Shown here in pieces: positions 19,497 to 29,700 of a stretch of 40,846 nucleotides of DNA. The notes under the pieces were generated by a model that was not told where the DNA came from, made no database searches, and was given only the letters and a program-made list of their open reading frames with translations. The position numbers and the translations under genes are program-made. Positions within the stretch are counted from its first letter, which is position 1, and every line of letters starts with the position of its first letter. The stretch is taken from assembly GCA_040757115.1 (NCBI GenBank), contig JBFLYA010000006.1, positions 1 through 40,846 on the forward strand, read 5' to 3'. The DNA is from a bacterium. Lineage in GTDB: Bacteria > UBA9089 > CG2-30-40-21 > SBAY01.

Positions 19497-19727
19497 ATGG
19501 AGTGTAATAAGATAAAAGCTCTATTATCAGATTACATAGATTTAGAGCTAAAACCTGGTTTGCAGAGTAAAGTAGAAAAACATATCTTTAAGTGTCCAAA
19601 ATGTAAGTCTTATCTAATAACCTTACAGAGAACCATCCAAATATATAAGTCTGTCCTTAAACCCTCTATTCCACCTGATGTTTCTGAACGATTGCACAAA
19701 AGGCTTAAAGAAGAAATTGAGAAGTGA
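19497..19727 (+). CDS. zinc-finger (zf-HC2/ZAS-type) anti-sigma factor, short cytoplasmic form
   Basis: C-x26-H-x3-C-x2-C arrangement (C3...H30..C34..C37) with the LSDYIDLEL motif typical of anti-sigma N-domains. It lies 217 bp downstream of the ECF sigma gene. Confidence 0.68.
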   Translation: MECNKIKALLSDYIDLELKPGLQSKVEKHIFKCPKCKSYLITLQRTIQIYKSVLKPSIPPDVSERLHKRLKEEIEK

Positions 19728-19794
19728 TAGAACATAAATCCTCATAGTTATCCAACCTCTTCTCTTATTCTATGCTTGAGAGGGATCCCTGTCT

Positions 19795-19925
19795 TTCCAC
19801 TGAAAAATAGGAAGTAGAGAGTAGAGAGTAGAAAGTAGAGAATAGAGAAAAGTAGAGAATAGAGAGTAAAGAAAACATCACTTCACACGCCTATCTCCTT
19901 ACTTCCTACCTTCTATCTCCTACCA
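19795..19925. repeat. 'agtagagag' simple-sequence array plus complementary 'ctcctacttcc' segment
   Basis: ggaagtagagagtagagagtagaaagtagagaatagagaaaagtagagaatagagagtaaag, then ctccttacttcctaccttctatctcctacc. This is part of a 1-kb repeat-filled spacer upstream of the giant gene. Confidence 0.6.
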
Positions 19926-20224
19926 CTATTTTCATCCTCCTATGTGCCGACAAGCTCGGCATGTCGGTTTCCCCTGAAAATAATCCGCAGATTTCGCAGA
20001 TTACACAGATTTTTATTTTTTTATCTCCCCGCTGGCGGGGGATTAAGGGGTTAGGGAATTCTTTTATTCCCGAATCCCGAGTCCCGAGTCCCTTAATTTT
20101 CATCATCCTTTGTGCCCACTCCCTGTGGGCATGAGTGTCTCTCCTTCTAACTTTTATTTTCTATCCTTCTTGATTCTCTGCCACTGGAGGAAATTTCCAC
20201 TCCCAACCCCCCATCGGGGGACAA

Positions 20225-20332
20225 CCCGCTTCTGTCCTCTGCCTTCTGCCCTCTGCCCTCTGCTTTCTGCCCTCTGCCTTCTGTCTTCTGCCCTCTGTAT
20301 TTATCTGTGTTAATCTGTAGCTGAATAATTAC
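20225..20332. repeat. partial family-1 MITE right end (cctctgcc simple repeat + agctgaataattac terminus)
   Basis: Matches the right half of 954-1202, including ctgt(a/c)tttatc(c/t)gtg(c/t)taatc(c/t)gt...gctgaata(g/a)ttac. Confidence 0.5.
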
Positions 20333-20396
20333 AAAAAATTAAAAAATTTTTGCAACCTTTTTGACAATTTTGTAATCTATTTATTTAAAGGGAAGA

Positions 20397-20583
20397 AATT
20401 TCCACCTGTGCGGTTAAATGTAAAATGGATAATGTAAAATGAGAAATGTCCAATGAAAATGTATAACTGAAAGGTAATGAGTCTTGCGAAGTCCTAAAAT
20501 TTCCCAAATTTCATTTCCTATTTTACATTTATTTTTCCTTTGCGTCTCTGCGATGAATTAGTCTAATCGCACAGGTGGAAAAA
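20397..20583. mobile_element. MITE-like element family 2, copy A (TIRs ttccacctgtgcgRtta / taaYcgcacaggtggaa)
   Basis: ~187 bp, AT-rich core with 'tgtaaaatg' repeats. It is the reverse complement (a few mismatches) of 31461-31651. A solo terminus lies at 867-884. Confidence 0.7.
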
Positions 20584-20724
20584 TTTGTGTAATGTGTAAG
20601 AAGAGGAGATTTTTGGGAATTATGGAGAGATGGGGATAAGATAAAAATTACATCTTCCTATCTCCAATATCTCCATTTCCCCTTTTTTATACAATTTTTT
20701 AAATAAATTGGAGGTAAATAAATT

Positions 20725-23700
20725 ATGTGTAAAAAAATTATTTGGGGAATAATGTTGGGAATAGTGATGATTATTAATGCAAAGGTTGCTGTAGCAACAG
20801 ATGTCAGTGGTACTATCACTTCAAATACTACCTGGGATGTTGCTGGCAGTCCCTACATCATCACTGCTGATGTCATTGTCGATCAAGGAGTAACATTAGA
20901 GATTGAGCCGAATGTAGTAGTTAAATTTGCGACCGATACATCATTAATCAGCTATGGGACATTGACCGCTGTTGGAATACCGAATGGGACGATTACCTTT
21001 ACTTCTAATAAACCTACACCTGCTGCTGGAGATTGGACGAGTATTAAACTCAGTGGTACAGGAAGTAGTAGGAGCCAGATCAGTTATTGTCTGACACAGT
21101 ATGCCAAGCAGGCAGTATATTTGGAGAACACGGATAATGTAACGATAACATATAATACAATTAGAGATAATAAAGGTAATGATGGAATTGATAATCAAGC
21201 AACTACTGGGGAGATAGGTGCTGGTATCTATTTAGTGTCGTCAACTAATAATAACATTGAGAATAATACTATTTTTAATAACATTGGTGGACAAGGAGGA
21301 GATGGTGGATATGGTGGTGGAGTTGGTGGTGCTGCTGCAGGAGGACCAGGGGTTGGAATCTATCTTTCTTCATCAAGTAAGAATACTATCTCTCAAAATA
21401 CCATCTTTGATAACATTGGTGGACAAGGGGGAAGAGGAGCGCTTTTTGGAGGAGGAGGTTCAGGTGGTTCTGGAGCTGGAATTTACCTCTCTTCCGCATC
21501 AGTAGAGAATACCATCTCTCAAAACACCATTTTTAACAATGCTGGTGGGCAAGGAGGACAGAGTGGTGATTCTGCTCCAGGTGGTGCAGGCGATCCAGGG
21601 GTAGGATATGGCATCTATATTGATGATTCAAGCTGTTACAACAATACTATTGCTACAACCAATACTTATAATGGTGAGCCAATTCATTTCTACTATAGTC
21701 AAACAGGAATTATTATTGAAGATCAGATTTTAACTGGATCACCTACAACAAACTTAGGAAAGATTAACTTGATTAACTGTTCAGACTTTACTATCAGAGG
21801 AAATACTATTTCAGGAGCAAGAGGATATAGTGGTGAGAGTGGAGATCCTGAAGGTGAACAAGGAGGTAATGGAGTAGGGATATACCTATATCGCTCAGGA
21901 AGTGGTGTTGTTACAAGCAATAGTATTTCCGATAATATTGGTGGTCGTGGTGGTACCGGTCGGAAAGGTTGGTATGCAGCGAGTACAGGAGGTTCAGGTG
22001 GCATGGGATGTGGAATATACCTTTTGTCCTCTACAGATGTTGAGATTAGTGATAATATCATTTCTAACAATCAAGGTGGAAGAGGTGGTGGTTCTGCTGG
22101 TTGGGGTTCGGGTGGTAAAGGTGGACTTGGAGTAGGAATATCTCTCGGATCATCTACTTTAAACAGTATTAGTAATAACACTATTTCTAATAGCCAAGGT
22201 GGACTTTATGGAGGTGGATGGCCGTGTGGAAGAAATGGATTAGGTTGTGGTATCTATATAGACTCAAACAGTTATAATAATATTATAGATACAACTAATA
22301 CCTCTGATGGTCAACCAATCCATTATTATTACAACCGGACAGGGATTATTATTGAAAATCAGACATTAACAGGAACACCTACTACAAACTTAGGAAAGAT
22401 TGTTTTAATTAACTGTTCAAATTTTATTATCAGAAATAATACCATCTCTGGAGCTAGAGGAGATAATGGTAAAACTGGTTGGGCTAATCAAGTAGGTCAT
22501 CCTGGTGAAATTGGTGCTGGAATTTACATTTTATCATCAACAGGTAATACTATAATTGATAACACTATCTCTGATAATCAGGGGGGATTAGGTGGAGGAG
22601 GTGGTGGTGATGCTTCAGGTGGACCTGGTGGTATAGGAACGGGAATATACCTTGGTTCATCTACAAATAATACTATAAGTGGCAACACAATTTCTAATAA
22701 CAGTGGCGGAGAAGGTGGTCATGCTACTTATGGCAATAATTCTTCGGTAGGTGGCTGTGGTGGTGATGGTGCTGGAATTTATCTTTTATCATCAACTGAT
22801 AATACTATTCTCTCTAATAATATATTAGAGAATAGTGGAGGTAGAGGAGGTGGTGTTTATCAACAAGGTAATACTGGTGGTGTCGGTGCTGGTATATACT
22901 TAAACTCATCAGATAATAACAATATTAGTAGAAATAGTATCACAGACAATAATGGTGGTACAGGTGGCACTGGTAATTGTAGCCGAAATAAAGCTGGTGG
23001 TGCTGGTGGTATTGGTGCTGGTATATACTTAAACTCATCAGATAATAACAATATCAGGGAGAATAATGCCATTACAGATAATAGTGGTGGTACAGGTGGC
23101 AGTGGTTGTCCCATTGGTTCAAATGGTAATGGAGTTGGTATCTACGGTGCCTCTTCAGAAGTTGCCAATCTTATCTACAATAACATCTACAACAATACAA
23201 CCTATAACCTCTCAACTGACATCTCTCCGGGCACACAAACAGCAGAATATAACTGGTGGGGAACTTCAGTTGAGTCTGAAATTGTAGCTAAACTATCTGG
23301 TAAGATTGATTATATTCCCTGGTTGATGGGGACATGGACAGAATCAGCACAGATTACAATCTCACCTACTTCTGGTACTGTGGGTACCATCGTCACTGTA
23401 GAAGGTGAAGGATTTGGAAGTACAGAAACTGTACAGATAGATTTTGGAACGACTAAGACGATTACTACTGCCGCAACTAATGGCTTAGGAACTTTCTCAG
23501 TTACTTTCACTATTGATAACCAGCCAGCAGGTACAACTACAGTTACAGCTACTGGTCTTACATCTTCCTATTCTGCTACTGCCACATTTACAATAATTTC
23601 CATTACACAACCAGAGATTACTTTAATATCACCAACCTCTGGTACCGTGGGTACCATCGTTACTGTAGAAGGTAACGGGTTTGGTTCAACAGAGGCTATT

Positions 23701-26700
23701 CGGATAGACTTTGGGACAACTAAAACAATTAAAATAAGCACTACCAATGGAAGTGGACAATTTACTACTACTTTTACAGTCGATTACCAACCAGGCGGAA
23801 CTACTACTCTAACCGCAACAGGGCTTACTTCCAATTTAGTCGCTACGGCTACCTTTGTGACCATCACCCAGCCAACTACCGTTATTGAGCAAGAAGACTT
23901 CTGGAGATATACATATTCACCTAACTCTGGCTGGGAAACATTAGGATATGATGACAGTAGTTGGAGTAAAGGCAGAGCTCCTTTCGGAAATCAGTCTGAT
24001 GGTGATTGGATTCCTCATACAGATTGGCCTGCAGGGACGACACTATACCTTAGAAAGTATATTGATTTACCTGCATCTGCTAAATTGACTATCTATACTG
24101 GCGTAGATAACGAAATCCATATCTATATAAATGGTGTTAATATTTTTAATGCCTCTGCTCATGGATTTACATATCGCTGGGAATATACATTTGACATTCC
24201 TAAAGGATATATAAACCCAGGAAGAAATGTAATTGCTGTGCAAGCAGTGGATTGGGGTGGCGCGACAGGATTTGATCTGAAGGCTATTGCTGAGGTCAAT
24301 ATACCTCCAATGGGTTCTATGGCAATTAGTTCTGTGCCTTCGGAGGCAAAAATTTACTCAGATGGAATGGATACAGGTAAACTCACTCCTGCTGTCTTGA
24401 CCAATCTATCCACAGGTAGTCATCAAATTGTCTTAACTAAGCCTTTGTATAACAATTGGGCTGAAACTGTTACTGTATCCTCAGGACAGACTACAGAAAT
24501 AGATGTTCCTCTTAGACTTTCTCCAACAATTATCCTTACCCCTATTTCTGGTACTGTTGGAATTATAATCACAGTTACAGGTGAAAACTTTAGTCCAAAT
24601 GAGGCAATTAGGATTGATTTTGGTCTGATTTCTTCAATTACCATCGCCAGTACTACTGCCTACGGCACCTTTGCCACTACTTTTACGGTATCTTCTCAAC
24701 CAGCAGGAACCACTACTATTGTGGCTACTGGTCTTACCTCCGGGTCAAAAGCCTATGCTACCTTCACGCTTACTATTCCGGCGCAAGCAACACTGACTGT
24801 CCGATTAGACCAGATTGATGCCGCTAAATTCCCAACTATCGAATGCCATGTCCGTGTAACTCAAGGAACTACATCTATTGCAGGACTGACTGCGGATAAT
24901 TTCCAATTAACCGAGCAGTCTGAATTAGAATCTATAGCGACCGTAGAGATAATCAGTGTCAGTGCAACTAATTCCGCCGGAGTAGCCATCGCCCATGTAT
25001 TAGATAGAAGTGGTAGTATGCAAGGTCAGAAGATAACAGATGCTAAAACTGCCGCTAATTCCCTTGTTGATATGATGCAACCTCTGGATAGGATGGCGAT
25101 AGTCTCCTTTGCTTCAAATGTTACTGTTGACCAATCCTTTACCAGTAATCAATCTGCCTTACATACCGCTATTAACAACTTAGTTGCCGATGGAGCCACG
25201 GCTTTGTATGATGGCATATATACGGGAATAGGTCAATGCACACAAGAAATTGGTGTTAAAGCAGTTATTGCTTTAACCGATGGTCAAGAAAATAGTAGTT
25301 CACATACTCAGCAACAGGTAATTGATTATGCTATTGCCAGTGCTGTGCCTGTTTATACCATTGGTTTAGGCAGTGATGTGAATACTGACATACTTACGCA
25401 AATTGCCACAACTACTGGTGGAACATATCATTTTGCACCAAACTCTACTCAGCTACAAGAGATATTTGCAGATATTAGAGAAGAGATAGAACAGCAGTAT
25501 TTAGTTACTTATAATACTCATAACCCGAATTATGATGGCACACTGCGGAATGTAGTCATTACTGCGAGTTATAACTCTGCCATTGGCTCAGATTCTGGGA
25601 CATATCGTGTAGATGAACCACCGAAAATTATCCGCACCCCAGAAACTATTGCCTTAGGTTCACAAAGTCAACCTGCCAACCAACCATTGACTATCGCCGC
25701 AACCATTACTGATAATACCGCAGTTACTAATGCCACCTTATTCTATCGACATTCGGGAACACTAACCAGCTATTCTCAGCTGACTATGACTCATATGGGT
25801 AATAACCTGTATAAAACAACTATCCCAGCCGCAAGTGTTAATTACCCGGGCGTGGATTACTATATCACTGCCTCAGATGGTAGATTAGTCGCTTCAGACC
25901 CAAAAAACAATCCTGAAATCTACCCATATCAGATTGCGGTATATCCTAATGAAAAACCAGTGATTATACATACCCCTGTTTCTGGAGCGTTAATTAACTC
26001 ATCAGTAACTATTACTGCCTATGCTACGGATACCACAGATTATGTTACTTCGGTAACCTTATCCTATCGTATCAAGGGTTATGTGCTTTATGAGAATGTA
26101 GTTATGACTAAGGCAGGTAATACTTATACCGCTACCATACCGGCGAATAAGATGACCTTTGTCGGGGTCGAATACTATATTGTCGCGATGGACAATTATG
26201 GTTTGCGGGCATATCACGGCACAGATGTTAATCCACACTACATTCGTCCCAATGTTCCACCGAGTATAACCATTACCGCACCACCAGCACAAGGGGCTTA
26301 TGCTACCAGTTCTTATACCATCGCCTGGGTAGATGCTGACCCGGATAATGATGCCCAAATATCACTCTACTATGATACCAATAACACTAACTATGACGGC
26401 TCAACTATCACTACTGGACTTTCTGAGGATAGCAGTATCAATAGCTATATCTGGAATCTCTCAACTATCCCCGAAGGTAGTTACTATATCTATGCCTTGA
26501 TAGATGATGGCACTAATACACCCGTCTATGACTACAGCAATGGACCATTAAATATTGATCATTCACTACCACGAGCAACCATTACTACCACCCCTGCCTC
26601 ACCAATTACTGCTGCTGGGACAGTCTATGTTATCTTAACTGCCTCAGAAAAATTATCTGCCGTCTCACTGACATTTACTCCCTATGGTAAATCACCTCTC

Positions 26701-29700
26701 TCTATACCGTTGACTACCACGGATTATATCACCTGGCAAGGTAATTTCCAGGTTACTCTTTATACTGGCGATGGAATAGGCACATTTAACTATTCCTTGA
26801 AAGATTTATTCAATAATATTGTTACCGGAAGCCAAACTTTTGAGATAGATGTTTCAGGGGTAATATTTACGCAGTCAAATTATACCTTCAATGTTGAGAA
26901 GGACTATAATCAGCAGGGATTGGTTAGGGTTAAGAATATCGATAATGAGCCACACCAATTCTTCGCAGAATCTATTAATGTCCCTAAACCAATAGCGGTA
27001 AATTTTATGGGTGATGGTTCTGTGGATAATCCGATTACCTTACAGCCCGGGGAAGAGACAAATCTTATTCTATCAATGCATACCCAATATGCCACGAAAA
27101 CAAATTACTCCCTCGGCGGTAACTTGACCAATGATAAAGGGTTAATCTCGCATACGACAATAAATATTAATGTTCGCCTGCCCGAGGTTAGATTTACGGT
27201 TAGTCTTATCAGTGAAGACCCAATGACATTAGCCAAAACCTATAGAATTACCAATACGGGTGCTGACCCAATTCCGGATTTAACCATTGACCTCGGTGCA
27301 CTTAAAGATAAGGTGATTATGCATCCGTTACTCTATTCGCTATACTTAGGCACATCGAGTTCAGTTGAATTTAAGCTCATCCCCATTATCACTGAGACTT
27401 TTAGTGGGCTATCTGGCACCTGGAGTGTGAGTAGTGGAGATAAGGTGGTGGAGGTTCTTACTACCTGGCAGGTTACAGGAACCATCTATAAGGTAACATT
27501 AAATCAGCCCAAACTCGTCTTTGATATTAATTATCTATATCAATATGAATTAGAACAACATAAAGTAATAGTGGGATATTGTCCTAATGGAGCACCAATC
27601 TGGGGATGGGTAGCAGACCCGAGGTTAATTAAGAGCATTGACCCATTCTATATACCAACAGGATTTGGAACTTCAAATGTCAAAAGTGCAAACTTGAGTA
27701 TGCATTTTACAGAAGGAAATATTGAGCAAAATCGCAATACCTATATCTATATGAATAATAATGAAGTGGGTAGATTAATAAATGTTAATCCGGAAGGGTA
27801 TTATACATTTCCAGTTGCGCCAGACTATTTTATGTATCCCGACCCGTATGTTGGTAATCGCCGCAATGAGATTAGTATGGAGACAGATATAAATCCTGCT
27901 CATTTAGCCTGGGTAGGTAATTTCAGGGTTACCATACTCTTAGATAAGTTTGAGGTGTATGTTATTGCTACAAGTTCAGCGGCGGCTACCGCTACTGCCT
28001 GGGCATTACCCTATGTGCATCATAATTCAGACCAACTATTTGTCAATATTACTCAACCACCAGAGGGATTTGAGTATAAGATAGGTGCGAAGGTGCAGAT
28101 TAAGGCTGAGGTAAAGGATGAGCATGACATCTTCCAGTGGCTCTGCAATGTCTGTGTAAGTTTTACCAATAGCACCCAAACACTGAATTTATACGATGAT
28201 GGCATGCATAATGATGCCGGTGTAAATGACGGTATTTATGCCAACTACTGGTATCCTGCCAATGAAGGTAGTGTTACTATCACCGTGGTGGCGAATAACT
28301 GTAAGACACAGGCGACTGCGACAGTTAGTGGCAATATTATTGGCAATCGACCGCCGAGCATAGACATTCTTACCCCTACTGAATTACAAACATTACAAGG
28401 AACTACCACTATCTCGTATCAAGCCACAGACCCAGATGGCGATAGTTTATATTTCTATATCTATTATAGTGCCTCCTCGATTGGTCCCTGGAATCTGTTC
28501 TACAGTGGCGTAAATACTGTCTATCTCTGGAATACTAATATCCTGGAAAATGGTATTTACTATATTCGGGTAGTAGCCAGTGACCCTAACGGATTGACAG
28601 GCTCAGATACCGTCAAGGTAACTGTAAAGAATAAAAAACCAAAGATTAGAGTTAATCCTACTGCTGGCTCTCAATGTGCCTTAGTTACGGTTTATGGTGA
28701 AGACTTTGGTGCGACAGAGACGGTTCAGATTGACTTTGGGTTACATCTTAATATTACTACTGGCATGACTAATGCCGAAGGCTCATTTACTACCTTTTTT
28801 ACTGTCGATACGCAACCGGTTGGCACAGTCTCAGTAGTCGCTACCGGTATTGATTCACACCTGAGGGCCTCTGCAGATTTCACTATTACTGCACTACACT
28901 ATATCAAAGGATATATTCGCTATGCGAATGGTGAAGGAATTCCAGGCATCAAAGTCTATTTAATGAGCCCAATAGTAGATGACTGTTTTATCACTTCATC
29001 TGATGGTTATTATGAATTTACCGGTTTGCCCACCGGATATTATCGTGTAAGACCATATAAAGAATGGTATACATTTGAGCCAGCAGGAAGGGAATACCGC
29101 ATACTTACTGCCAGTTGCGATAATCAGAACTACATCGGGACACCACAGAGGTATTATATTAAAGGTAGATGTAACACAGAGGCAGATGAAGGGATAGGTG
29201 GAGTGCAGGTAGTTTTATCAGGTTCTGTGCAGGCAACCTATACTACTAATGCCAGTGGATATTATGCCTTCTGGGATGTTCCGGCGGGCACATATACCAT
29301 CACCCCTTATAGGCAATTCTATACCTTTGTTCCGGCAAATAGAATCCTTCCTAACATAGATTTCCATCAAGCAGGACAGGATTTTGTTGGCACATCTACT
29401 ACTGTAGAAAGATATTATATCAAAGGAACTATCACGGATATGAGTCATAATCCGTTAGCCGGGGTAAGGGTATATCTGTTTGGCACGATGGATAATGTTT
29501 TTATCACCAGAGCAGATGGTTATTATGAATTTACCAATCTTGAGTCAGGTTATTATCGAACCAGCCTGTGGAAACAAGGATATACCTTCGAACCATCTGG
29601 CAGAAGATATGAATACCTGTGTAGCCATTATGAGCATCAAGACTTTGACGATGATGGTCCACCACAAGGAATTCAACCACCACCACCTACCAGTACACTC

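Noticed and set aside
19728-20724. Attempted to assign an ECF-type promoter upstream of the giant gene
   Set aside because: There is no convincing GGAAC-N16-17-CGTC/TCTRA-like pair. The candidate motifs are all parts of dispersed repeats, so no promoter is reported.
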